A program made the position numbers and the translations under genes. Under the pieces are notes generated by a model, which was not told where the DNA came from, did no database searches, and worked only from the letters and a program-made list of their open reading frames with translations. A DNA stretch of 64,000 nt from a bacterium (GTDB taxonomy: Bacteria > Patescibacteriota > Minisyncoccia > JACQLN01): NCBI GenBank assembly GCA_030697795.1, contig JAUYOV010000004.1, forward strand, positions 11,831 through 75,830, given 5' to 3'. The stretch's first letter is position 1. Each line of letters opens with the position of its first letter. Positions 46,557-56,203 of this stretch are shown here, piece after piece.

Positions 46557-48284
46557 CTAAAGCCCTATGATGCTTACATTTACTCTATCTGGGTTGGATG
46601 GAATTGAGCGTACCCAGAACGGCCAAAGGTTAACTTCTATACGATCAGCCTTGTAATCGGCAATGTCTATATCCTTTTTTTTCTTATTTAAAACGCTTTT
46701 CTTGAAAGTTTCCATATTAAATTCGTCCATTACGTCGTATTTGACGTTTAGAGTTGCTGAAACAGTTCCTTTTTGGTAATCAACTAAGGGTTGCTTCAAA
46801 AAAGAAACATCTTTAGAACTAGTTAAAAGAGTTTTGCTTTCATCTATATCGTTAGAAATTCTTTTATTTATATAGGCATCTAAATCATCATTTTTAAAAA
46901 CTATGGCTCTAGCCACCATTTTTACCGTAGCTGTAAATTTTTCGCTGGCCACGCCAACCTCCGGCGAAACAGAACTTGAAGCTAACTCTTCGTTATAAGC
47001 TTCGGGCCAAAATTTGAAACCTTGTGGTAAGTTTTGTTTAAACAAATCAAACTCGGGTTTTATTTTTTCTTTCAAACTATCGTAGGCATTGGTAGCGTCA
47101 TCGTTGGAAACAATTTTGGCTCCTTGGGCACCGCCGCCTGTCATGGCTTCTTTAGAAACAGCATAAATTTTATTTCCTTTGGCAGTACCTTTAAATGCGG
47201 GCATCGTAAACTTAGAGGGGGCAATATTATAAGAATCCCCGCCTTCGGCCGCAATAACATTGGTTGTAATCTCTCCGGGAACTATTTTCCCACTCTTTGT
47301 TGTGTACCCTGGCACATTAACACTGGCTGTTGTCCAGAATATTTTGCCTGCCCCGACTCCTGTGGAGGGGCTGCTTTCGGATTGAAATCTAGAAGGCACA
47401 AATTTTTGCACCTGCGTTGAATAAGTATTATATATAGTTATCTTCCCCTTGGCTTTATCAGAAGAACTTTGCGTACCCGAAGCCACAAATTCACTGCTTG
47501 CCATTTTTTCGCTCGTTAAAAGTTCGCCCGGTATTAAACCTTTTTCCAAGTTTATTTTAGAATCTTTACCGGAAACAAAAACATCGACACTGCCATTTTT
47601 AGCTTCGCGTGTTGGGTAAATTAAAATATCGGCTTTAGGCAACACCCTGCTAAAAACAGCAAAAGAAACAGCCAGAGCCACAACTACCACCAAACCAACA
47701 AAAGCGCTGGGGCTTAAAAACTTTTTACGATTTATTTTTCTTAATTCGTTAAAAACACCCGCTTTAGAACGTTCCTCTCTGTATGATTTTAAAAAACTAG
47801 CGCCGTTTTCACCTTTATTTTTCTTTAAATAAAAATCTTCGGCTTTTTTATCGCTTGATTTACTAATATGTGAAGACCTCGGCATGGCCTTGGTTTTAGC
47901 AGTTAAAACAGCTTGCTGTTTTTTTTGAGAAGATATCCCTATGGGTATTCCTCTTTTTCTTGGAATAATATCGCTTATTCTGCCTGTAGTAGCAATTGCT
48001 GGCGAAGCCATAACGCCAGATTCATCATCACCATTCAAACCAGCTACGGCCAGCCCCGCCCGTTCGGCAAAAATCTTACCCATTAGATCGCTTGTGATCA
48101 CAGTCAAGTCTTTGCCGTATTCTTCGGCAATATCTTTTATAAGATGGGCATCTACTATATTTTGTAAGATTCTAGCGCCTGTGGGAATTACTAGATCTAT
48201 GGTATCGGCTTCGGCAGACTGTATTTTTTCCATGGCCGATTGGATATCTTCGTGGAGTTCTATATATATATTTTCTTTTGACAT
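46557..48284 (-). CDS. Hypothetical bitopic membrane protein (cytoplasmic N-domain, one TM, large extracytoplasmic domain)
   Basis: ORF only; TM near residue 190. Confidence 0.45.
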   Translation of the reverse strand: MSKENIYIELHEDIQSAMEKIQSAEADTIDLVIPTGARILQNIVDAHLIKDIAEEYGKDLTVITSDLMGKIFAERAGLAVAGLNGDDESGVMASPAIATTGRISDIIPRKRGIPIGISSQKKQQAVLTAKTKAMPRSSHISKSSDKKAEDFYLKKNKGENGASFLKSYREERSKAGVFNELRKINRKKFLSPSAFVGLVVVVALAVSFAVFSRVLPKADILIYPTREAKNGSVDVFVSGKDSKINLEKGLIPGELLTSEKMASSEFVASGTQSSSDKAKGKITIYNTYSTQVQKFVPSRFQSESSPSTGVGAGKIFWTTASVNVPGYTTKSGKIVPGEITTNVIAAEGGDSYNIAPSKFTMPAFKGTAKGNKIYAVSKEAMTGGGAQGAKIVSNDDATNAYDSLKEKIKPEFDLFKQNLPQGFKFWPEAYNEELASSSVSPEVGVASEKFTATVKMVARAIVFKNDDLDAYINKRISNDIDESKTLLTSSKDVSFLKQPLVDYQKGTVSATLNVKYDVMDEFNMETFKKSVLNKKKKDIDIADYKADRIEVNLWPFWVRSIPSNPDRVNVSIIGL

Positions 48285-48425
48285 ATTTGCCTATGAACGT
48301 TAGTGACTAGCTGAAAAAAATGCCCTCCAAAGTTTGAGCGTTTAGCCTTCGTAGCCGAAGTTACTTCGGCGGAGTAGGCAAGGAGGGTTACAATATTATT
48401 TATTATATACTATATTTGATAAAAT

Positions 48426-50144
48426 CTATTCCACAGTAGCTCTGATTCTACGAATACCTGCACTTGAACTCTCTTCTTTAACTATACGAAACTTTCCTAT
48501 CTCACCAGTACTAGAAACATGTGGACCGCCACATAGTTCGCGAGAAAAATCGGCTATTGAATAAACCTTAACTTGATCGGGATAATTTCCCTGATAGAAA
48601 AACAAAGCTCCAGATTTTTTAGCTTCTGCCAGTGGCATAGTTTTTATCTTAACTGGATAATTTGCGGCAATGGCTTCGTTAACCAAATTTTCTACTTTTT
48701 TAATTTCTTCGTCTGTTAACTTACGATTAAAAACAAAATCAAAGCGAGTTCTTTCTATGGTTATGTCCGACCCACGTTGAGAAACTTCGTCGCCCAAAAC
48801 TTTATGCAAAGCGGCGTTTAGCAAATGCGTGGCCGTGTGCAAACGAGTTTTTATTTTCATCTCTTCGGCGTTGGCCGCGGTTAAGTCGCCTTCTGTGATT
48901 CCATGACCGCCAAATTTCTTCTCCGCCCCCGCCCGCGAAATTTCTTGGTGTTTTTTAAACTTTTCTTCAAAATCTTTTTCGTCTATACTCCTGCCAGATT
49001 TTATTGAAAGATCTTTGGTCAAATCAAAAGGAAATCCGTATGTAGTGTGTAATATAAATGGATCTACACCTTTCTCAAATTGTTTTAGACCCGAATATAA
49101 AGTTTCTCTAAATTTGTCTTCTTCTTTCTTAATTTCCTCTAAAATAAGGATTTTTTTTGTTTTCAGTTCCTGATAAAAGTTTCCATAACTCTCAATAACT
49201 GTTTCGGCTATAGGTATCTGAGATTTATCCGGATGAGTTATCCTGCGAATTAAACGCCTTAAAATATAACCTCTATCTGTATTAGATGGCACGACATCAT
49301 CGCTGATCATAAACACAGAAGCTCTAATGTGGTCGGCTATTATTCTTTTCGATCTCTGATCCTTCTCGGGTGTATTTTCCTCTATTTTTTTAAAAATAAA
49401 CTCAAACAAATCCGTCTCAAAAATATTTTGTTTCTCTTGAACTGCAACAGCTAACCTTTCTAAACCCATACCAGTGTCAACTCCCTTGATAGCCAAAGGT
49501 TCTAGAGTCTTATCGGCCTTACAGTAGTATTCGTTAAACACTATATTCCAAACCTCTACTGCCGCTTGACCTGAGCTTGTCGAAGGTTTAACGTATATTT
49601 CTGTAGTAGGTCCACACGGACCTTCCGCGCCGGTTGGACCCCAAAAATTATCTTTTCTACCAAACTTTTCTATTTTAGTAATTCCTAAAGATCTCCAAAT
49701 TTCTTCGGATTCCGTATCGGCAGGAACAATTAGACCAAAGCCCTCTTGCCCTGAGTCCATCGAAGGGTCAAAAACACTAACGTAATCAATCGCAAGATCC
49801 ATTTCTTTGGTTATAAATTCGTAAGCGTATTTAATAGCATCGGACTTAAAATAACCGCCAAAACTAAAATTCCCTAACATTTCAAAAAATGTTAGGTGGG
49901 TTTCATCGCCAACTTCATCTATATCAGAAGTGCGAAAAGATTTTTGAACAGAAACAGTATTTTTAGAACCAAAATCTTTTACTGGGTCTTTTTGACCTAT
50001 AAAGTAAGGCTTAAACTGCTGCATACCTGCGGTTGTTAAAAGAACCGAAGGATCGGTTGGCACAAGCGAACTAGACGGCACCACCTTATGCCCCCTTTCT
50101 TCAAAGAATTTTAAAAACCTTTGCCGAATCTCTTGAGAATCCAT
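48426..50144 (-). CDS. alaS: Alanyl-tRNA synthetase (short form, 572 aa); start at MDSQEIRQ
   Basis: Class II motifs, FLKFFEERGHK, editing-domain HxxxH region. Carries in-frame GC-rich inserts. Confidence 0.85.
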   Translation of the reverse strand: MDSQEIRQRFLKFFEERGHKVVPSSSLVPTDPSVLLTTAGMQQFKPYFIGQKDPVKDFGSKNTVSVQKSFRTSDIDEVGDETHLTFFEMLGNFSFGGYFKSDAIKYAYEFITKEMDLAIDYVSVFDPSMDSGQEGFGLIVPADTESEEIWRSLGITKIEKFGRKDNFWGPTGAEGPCGPTTEIYVKPSTSSGQAAVEVWNIVFNEYYCKADKTLEPLAIKGVDTGMGLERLAVAVQEKQNIFETDLFEFIFKKIEENTPEKDQRSKRIIADHIRASVFMISDDVVPSNTDRGYILRRLIRRITHPDKSQIPIAETVIESYGNFYQELKTKKILILEEIKKEEDKFRETLYSGLKQFEKGVDPFILHTTYGFPFDLTKDLSIKSGRSIDEKDFEEKFKKHQEISRAGAEKKFGGHGITEGDLTAANAEEMKIKTRLHTATHLLNAALHKVLGDEVSQRGSDITIERTRFDFVFNRKLTDEEIKKVENLVNEAIAANYPVKIKTMPLAEAKKSGALFFYQGNYPDQVKVYSIADFSRELCGGPHVSSTGEIGKFRIVKEESSSAGIRRIRATVE

Positions 50145-50244
50145 TGTGGCTTTATTGTAACGGAAAAAGGCTAATAAAATCAAAGTTGCTCAATCGCCCT
50201 ACCATCTAATATTTCGTATATTTAACTTCTTTAATAAAATCCAC

Positions 50245-50280
50245 TTAGCACGAGTCATGCGATAGCAGTTCTCATGCTAA
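50245..50280. repeat. REP3-family palindrome (degenerate) overlapping the 3' end of PaaX-like paralog 2
   Basis: TTAGCACGAGTCATGCGATAGCAGTTCTCATGCTAA. Confidence 0.6.
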
Positions 50281-50844
50281 ATCAAAAATCTTGAGCAAGT
50301 GTAATTCATTATCTAAATCCGTAGCCGTAATAATTCTAACGTAGGAACGAATACTAAAATATTCAATCAAGAAATTGATTTCATCTTGGCAAGGATAAGG
50401 CTGTATCAAAACACTTTTTTGATATTCATAAAAACCTAATCTTTTTAGAGTTTCTCTTAAAGCTTCGCGGGCAGGTTTATGTTTTTCTGGTATATCAAAT
50501 AAAACTATTCGCCATTTTTTATCCCAGACTTTAGGTTTTTTGATTCCCATATTGTCTATATTAAAGGTAATGGCTTTATCCTTGCCTTTGTCTGTTAAAA
50601 TCATAGTTAAAGAACCGTCGGGGTTTTCATGTTCGCGGATAAGTTTGGATTTATACAAGCTGGCTATAGCTCTTTCTAAAGACTGTTTGTTAATTTTTTT
50701 CCATTCTTCAGCCGTGCTTTCTAATACTCGAAAATATTGTTTAGAGGTTCTGGCAAAGCTAAGACCTATTCCAGTAAATAAAAGTAATAATGCTTTTTGT
50801 TGGTTGGGACCTAAGCGTTGAATTTTCTTTTTCAAATTAATCAT
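50272..50844 (-). CDS. PaaX-like winged-helix regulator with Cas2-fold C-terminal domain (paralog 2)
   Basis: WRIVLFDIPEKHKPAREALRETLKRLGFYEYQKSVLIQP. Confidence 0.55.
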   Translation of the reverse strand: MINLKKKIQRLGPNQQKALLLLFTGIGLSFARTSKQYFRVLESTAEEWKKINKQSLERAIASLYKSKLIREHENPDGSLTMILTDKGKDKAITFNIDNMGIKKPKVWDKKWRIVLFDIPEKHKPAREALRETLKRLGFYEYQKSVLIQPYPCQDEINFLIEYFSIRSYVRIITATDLDNELHLLKIFDLA

Positions 50845-50895
50845 TCTTCTGCATTATTTTATTAGTTAGTTATTATATTATAATTATGGTAATTA

Positions 50896-50929
50896 TAGCA
50901 CGAGAACTGCGATCGCAGTTCTCGTGCTA
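50896..50929. promoter_or_regulatory. Perfect 34-nt palindrome TAGCACGAGAACTGCGATCGCAGTTCTCGTGCTA in the promoter region of PaaX-like paralog 2
   Basis: REP3 family; candidate operator. Confidence 0.5.
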
Positions 50930-51039
50930 AGTTGAGGGGAAAAAAAGAAACAAAAAACAGAACAGATCCGATCTAGATTAAATTACTTATCTTATCAGCT
51001 AGCAAAAAGCAAAATAAAGCAAAATAAAAAAGGAGACTG

Positions 51040-51072
51040 CAGTTTTTGCAGTCTCCCTTTTGCTCGGGCGAA
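51040..51072. terminator. Bidirectional terminator hairpin GGAGACTGCAGTTTTTGCAGTCTCC
   Basis: Stem flanked by A-run and T-run. Confidence 0.5.
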
Positions 51073-51155
51073 GGTTGAACCTTCGGGTTTAAAATCAGAG
51101 ATAAAGCAATAAAAAAAGCGCGGAACCCTTTTGTAGGCTCCGCGCGATAAGTCTC

Positions 51156-51635
51156 TTACTTTTCCTTTTCTTTAGAATCTTCTTCGGAAGCCGGGACTGA
51201 AAGCTCAAACTTGAAAAGATCAGAAAAATAAAAAATAGCTACTGTTATAGCCGTCCAAAAACAAACATTGTAAGGATTTGCCTCATATCTAAACATATAA
51301 AAGCCCCCACAAATAATCGGCGTTACTATCGTAAGTGTATAAAAAATACAGATCAAAAACCATGATCGATTCTTCATATCCAAAACATCTATATTTTTCT
51401 TTTCCATATGGCGAGTAGCAAGAACAAGTAAAGGTACAAATGGTGTTACAATAATACTGGCAAAAAACATTGGAATTTTTTCCAAGTCAAATGATCTTGT
51501 TTTGCTTGATGTAGTTACTTTAACAGAAAAAATAAATTCGATTACATAAGAAGAATGGAAAGTGCAAACTATACATCCGACCACATAAAGAAGAAATATT
51601 ACCAAGCACAACCACTCCCATACTTCTGAATACAT
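51156..51635 (-). CDS. Hypothetical polytopic membrane protein
   Basis: ORF only; own terminator at 51120-51155. Confidence 0.4.
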   Translation of the reverse strand: MYSEVWEWLCLVIFLLYVVGCIVCTFHSSYVIEFIFSVKVTTSSKTRSFDLEKIPMFFASIIVTPFVPLLVLATRHMEKKNIDVLDMKNRSWFLICIFYTLTIVTPIICGGFYMFRYEANPYNVCFWTAITVAIFYFSDLFKFELSVPASEEDSKEKEK

Positions 51636-51721
51636 TATGAGTCCTCCTTTTTGGGTAAAGGGTAAAGGATTTTAAATGAACCAATGGTATATTATACCAA
51701 TGCTGTTATTTTGTCAAATTA

Positions 51722-52690
51722 CTTGTAATGTCTCATATCTTATGCATAGGTTTTAGTTAGTATTTGAGCCATCTTTTGAGCAGGGGTTAAACCCTGTAAA
51801 CCTAGATGTGGACGATGGTTGATAAACTTGTCAGTGTAGGTTTTTAAGGAGCTATTCAAGGTGGTTAGAGACTGATTTAAGGATACTTTTCTCCAGAGTT
51901 CTTCGTCAATGGTTCTAATGAATCTCTCTACTATGGAATTGTCTCTAGGTTTTCTGATTCTTGAATAACGATGCAGAATCTTTAACTTGTTTAATTCTTG
52001 AACAAACTCTTTCTGAAACTCGGGACCATTATCTGTTTGAATCATCCCTACTTTAAAAGGTAATCTAGTTAAAGCTGATCGTAAAGCTCGGCTGGCTGAT
52101 GCCATAGAAAGTTTTTCTGTAACAATACAGACTGGATATATATCTGGTAGCCACATCCACGAAAACATACTGGTATCTTCTAGATTGATTTTTAACCATT
52201 AGATGCTTGGTATCTAACAAAACTAGCTTGCCGTCCTCTTGGGGTCTAAAGATGGGAGGTAGTTGTCTGTGTCTCCTTTGGTATCTATGTTTTGATTTAA
52301 TCAGCTGGTTTCTTTTAAGGACGCGGTAGGTTGTTATGTTGGTAATGCTGATACCTTGAGCCTTCAGGTAAAGAACTATCTTTTGATGACACCAACCCTC
52401 GGTTTTTCTTAAATGAATAATCTTTTCTTCTAACTCCAGAGAGGTCTGCTTGGGATGGGCACTTAAAGGCATCGGTCGAAAACTTTGAAGAGTGGGATAC
52501 ATACCCAACCAGCGGCTGATGGTAGATTGGTTGAAACCAAAGTATCTACTGATTCTCGACTGCGACCAACCTAACTCTTTAAGTTGCCAAACTTGGCGTC
52601 TGACTGCGATAATGTTTTTGTGAATGTGCATATATGGTGAGTGTATCATTTGACTACTCACCTATGCATTTTGAATGAAACATTACAATT
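51722..52690 (-). mobile_element. IS481-family-like insertion sequence (~970 bp) with imperfect ~30-bp terminal inverted repeats (TTGTAATGTYTCAT...ATGCATAGGT)
   Basis: Left IR 51722-51752 matches the reverse complement of right IR 52655-52690; encodes an HTH plus DDE (rve) transposase. Confidence 0.7.
51740..52661 (-). pseudogene. IS481-like DDE transposase split into two overlapping ORFs by a frameshift in a T5/A5 homopolymer (~52112-52116)
   Basis: The ORFs 52065..52661 (HTH plus start of rve) and 51740..52168 (DNGPEF...rve core) are related by a +1 shift. IS481 transposases are normally single-ORF. Confidence 0.55.
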
Positions 52691-53876
52691 ACTCTATAAC
52701 TCCTCCGCCTAGCAGTTCTTCACCCTGATAAAATACTACCGATTGGCCAGAGGCGACAGCGCGGACTGGTTTTTCAAAAACCACCTTCCACCGAGCTGAG
52801 CTCGGTCCGCTTTCAAGCTTTGATAACATTGCCGAAATTGGTTCTTGTCTGTAACGAATAGATGCCTGAATTTTAACCAACTTCTCTGATTCCTCTTTTG
52901 TACACCGAGCATACGATCGTATGCTCGGTGTATCATTATTTATAAAACTAACATTAGTAGCAATTAACTCTTTTGATTCTAAAGCCGACATATCTGTAAT
53001 AGGCGAAACGATTAAAGTATTAGTTTCGTAATCTTTTTTAGCAACGTAATACGGCCCAGTACCTCCTATGCCGATTCCTTTTCGTTGGCCAATGGTGTAA
53101 AAATATAAACCGGCATGTGTGCCAATTTTTTGCCCAGAAGTTGTAACAATATCGCCAATTTCTTTTTTAACGTACGGCTTTATAAATTCTTTAATATCCA
53201 CCGGCCCCATAAAACAAATTCCCTGTGAATCCTTTTTATTTGCCGTAGATAAACCCGCACCTTTCGCAAGTTTTCTAACTTCCGCTTTAGAGTCTATTTC
53301 GCCTATGGGGAATAAGCACTTAGCCAGTTGTTTTTGCTTGAGAGTCCAAAGGAAATAGGACTGATCTTTGTCTAAATAGCGAGCACGCAATAGCTTATAG
53401 CTTTTAGCTTTTAGCTTATTAGAATTTGAAAATTGGAAATTAAAAATTGGAAATTCCCGCGCCACGCGAGCATAGTGGCCCGTGGCAATATAATCAGCTC
53501 CAAGAGAAATAGCTTTTTCAAAAAATAAACCAAATTTAATTTCTTTATTACACATTACATCTGGGTTTGGAGTTCGCCCAACTGCATATTCGCGAAGCAT
53601 ATAATCTACCACCAAAGCTTTATATTCTTTTGTAAAATCCCAAGTTTCAAAGGGTATATTTAATTTTAAACAAACCCGCATAGCATCAGCACGATCTTCC
53701 TGCCACAAGCAAGGCCAAGCTGGATCGCTCCAGTTTTTCATAAATACACCGATTACATTATAGCCTTCATTTTTCAATAACAAAGCAGCAACAGAGCTAT
53801 CAACTCCGCCACTCATGCCTACATAAACCTTTCGACTCCGCTCAGGGCAAGTTTTTTGACCAACCGTATTTGACAT
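52689..53876 (-). CDS. mnmA: tRNA-specific 2-thiouridylase MnmA
   Basis: VGMSGGVDSSV PP-loop. Carries three in-frame repeat insertions; the IS abuts its stop codon. Confidence 0.85.
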   Translation of the reverse strand: MSNTVGQKTCPERSRKVYVGMSGGVDSSVAALLLKNEGYNVIGVFMKNWSDPAWPCLWQEDRADAMRVCLKLNIPFETWDFTKEYKALVVDYMLREYAVGRTPNPDVMCNKEIKFGLFFEKAISLGADYIATGHYARVAREFPIFNFQFSNSNKLKAKSYKLLRARYLDKDQSYFLWTLKQKQLAKCLFPIGEIDSKAEVRKLAKGAGLSTANKKDSQGICFMGPVDIKEFIKPYVKKEIGDIVTTSGQKIGTHAGLYFYTIGQRKGIGIGGTGPYYVAKKDYETNTLIVSPITDMSALESKELIATNVSFINNDTPSIRSYARCTKEESEKLVKIQASIRYRQEPISAMLSKLESGPSSARWKVVFEKPVRAVASGQSVVFYQGEELLGGGVIE

Positions 53877-53933
53877 AAACTAATAAATATCATTTTTTGT
53901 CTACTTTGTCATCATTGGGTTACAATTAACCAT

Positions 53934-54383
53934 ATGAAAAAGTTTTTTTTGATTCTAATTCCCTTGGTTTTAATCTGCTTGAGTGTTACTTGGTTTGTTT
54001 TAAAAGAAAAATCAAACTATCAAACAGATTTTAAAATTCTTCGGCTGGGCGATGCCGAATTAAAAGTTGAACTAGCCCAAAGCCAAGGCGCGCGAGCTCA
54101 AGGCTTAGGCGGTAGAAAATCTCTACCGCAAGGCCAAGGTATGCTTTTTATTTTTGATAAACCCGATGTTTATCCTTTCTGGATGCGCGATATGAATTTC
54201 CCTATAGATATTATTTGGCTAGATTCCGATTTTAGAGTTGTAGACCTAGCCGAAGACGTTAAACCAGAAACTTATCCGAATTATTTTGTGCCAACTAAAA
54301 AAGCGCTCTATGTTTTAGAAACTAGCGCCGGTTGGAGCAAAAAAAATAATATTAAAACAGGTTCCAAAGCTATTTTGAGGTAA
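53934..54383 (+). CDS. DUF192-family secreted protein
   Basis: Signal/TM then MLFIF...PFWMRD...IDIIW. Confidence 0.65.
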   Translation: MKKFFLILIPLVLICLSVTWFVLKEKSNYQTDFKILRLGDAELKVELAQSQGARAQGLGGRKSLPQGQGMLFIFDKPDVYPFWMRDMNFPIDIIWLDSDFRVVDLAEDVKPETYPNYFVPTKKALYVLETSAGWSKKNNIKTGSKAILR

Positions 54384-54445
54384 TACAAATATGCCAATAA
54401 ACCATGTTATCCTTAAAAAACCAAAGTTTGATTATAACTTCAATG

Positions 54446-56167
54446 TTAACTGGGTTTTATATCCGAAAGCAGCGAACGTAAACCTTCTATATCGGCTGGA
54501 GGTTCTTTGGTTTTATTTTTCTTTTTAAACGGACGTGCTTGATTGCCCGCGTGGTTAATCACTCCACCCCTTTGTAAAGCGTCTTGCAAACTGGTTGGCT
54601 TAAATTGTTCCGAGATAACTTGCTGCTTAACTTCGTTTAATTTATATAAATGATTCTTGCAATATATGGGGCGCACACCATCGGGTTTAAATGGCACCCA
54701 AACTTTTTCGCCCCCTTCCCAACAAATGGCCTCGAATAAATCTTTATCACTTTTTGGTTTAGCTGAAGATGCCGCGGGCGAAGCTTTGGGAGAACTCTGA
54801 AAAGCCCTATCGTCGTAATCATCTTCCATCCTAGAATCTTTTTTATTAGACGTCATTAACTCTCTAACGCCCGCCCAATCCGCTATTTCATTTTCTACTT
54901 TTTCGCGCGGCGTGCCATAAGTTTCCCTAGAGTGCTTAATAATTTCGTCACGACTACTTACAACTGGTTTGGGATAGGGCGCCAATGTTGTAGCCGAAAA
55001 AGCCCGAGAGGCTACGCCATCTATCATAAGTTTTAAATAAATATTGTACTTAGCCAAATTAACAATGTCAGTGGCCACAAATTCTGGCATAAACTCTTTT
55101 TCTAAAAACTCGGCATCTTCCGCGCCTATTCTAAAAGAAACCAGTGTGCCCACGTTGCCAAATATAGCGTCGCGCACCGCCGTGCTCTTGGAGCCAGCTA
55201 CGTTCTGCACCAATTGAGCAATGTATTGATTGGCCAAAATAAGAGCTAAGCGGTACTTGCGGGCTTCGGAAAGAATATTGCCAAAAGATTCAGTAGCAAA
55301 ATTTTGAAACTCGTCCACATATAAATAAAAATCTCGGCGGTCTTCTTCGGGAATATCTACCCGGCTCATAGCGGCCAGTTGCAATTTAGTAACCAATAAC
55401 CCGCCTAAAAGTTTGGAATTATCTTCGCCAATTTTACCTTTAGAAAGATTCATTATTAAAATCTTGCCTTCGTCCATTACTTTACGCATATCTATAGCGC
55501 TATTGACCTGTCCCACAATATTGCGAATAACCGCGGCCGAAAGAAACTGTCCCACTTTATTTTGAATAGCCGGCGTGGCTTCGGCGGCAAAGCGATCAGT
55601 GTATTTAGCAAATTCATCTACCCAAAAAGATTTAACCATAGGGTCCTTAATTTGATCCACCACTTGCTTTCTGTAATCTTTATTGGACAGCATGCGCATA
55701 ATGCCTAAAACCGTAGCGCCGGGGTAATCTAATAAAGCTAAAATTGTATTATTTAAAATATATTCCATTCTAGCCGACCAAACATCGGGCCAGATTTTTT
55801 TAAATACACCCATCAAACCCGAAGCCACCAAATGTTTTTTCTCGGCCTCCACGTTTTCTATAGCGTTAAAAGCGATGGGCATATCTAAATCGGAAGGGTC
55901 AAAGTAAATTACGTCTTTGATGCGTTCCGGTGGAATAAATTCCAAAATTTTATCGGCCGAATCGCCGTGAGGGTCTATAAAGCCTAAGCCCTTGCCGTGA
56001 ATAATATCGGAAATAATCATATTTTCCAGCATAGTGGTTTTACCCATACCGGTTTTACCGATTATATAGGTGTGCCTTCTGCGATCATCCAGTTTAATGC
56101 CAAACCGCCGCTTTTCATTGCGGAAATTTGTCTCTGCGAACAAAGTTATCTCATTATTATCATTCAT
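54446..56167 (-). CDS. VirD4/TraG/TrwB-like coupling-protein-family P-loop ATPase (FtsK/HerA superfamily)
   Basis: Walker A IIGKTGMGKTT, Walker B LYVDEFQNF, DPHGD motif. Confidence 0.55.
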   Translation of the reverse strand: MNDNNEITLFAETNFRNEKRRFGIKLDDRRRHTYIIGKTGMGKTTMLENMIISDIIHGKGLGFIDPHGDSADKILEFIPPERIKDVIYFDPSDLDMPIAFNAIENVEAEKKHLVASGLMGVFKKIWPDVWSARMEYILNNTILALLDYPGATVLGIMRMLSNKDYRKQVVDQIKDPMVKSFWVDEFAKYTDRFAAEATPAIQNKVGQFLSAAVIRNIVGQVNSAIDMRKVMDEGKILIMNLSKGKIGEDNSKLLGGLLVTKLQLAAMSRVDIPEEDRRDFYLYVDEFQNFATESFGNILSEARKYRLALILANQYIAQLVQNVAGSKSTAVRDAIFGNVGTLVSFRIGAEDAEFLEKEFMPEFVATDIVNLAKYNIYLKLMIDGVASRAFSATTLAPYPKPVVSSRDEIIKHSRETYGTPREKVENEIADWAGVRELMTSNKKDSRMEDDYDDRAFQSSPKASPAASSAKPKSDKDLFEAICWEGGEKVWVPFKPDGVRPIYCKNHLYKLNEVKQQVISEQFKPTSLQDALQRGGVINHAGNQARPFKKKNKTKEPPADIEGLRSLLSDIKPS

Positions 56168-56203
56168 ATTGATATAGGTCTTATAAGACCTATTAGACTT
56201 ATC

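Noticed and set aside
51740-52661. Programmed -1 ribosomal frameshift in the IS transposase (IS3-style)
   Set aside because: The required shift is +1 and falls in a plain A5/T5 homopolymer. The DDE domain and HTH layout fit IS481, which is single-ORF. Treated as a pseudogene or sequencing indel.
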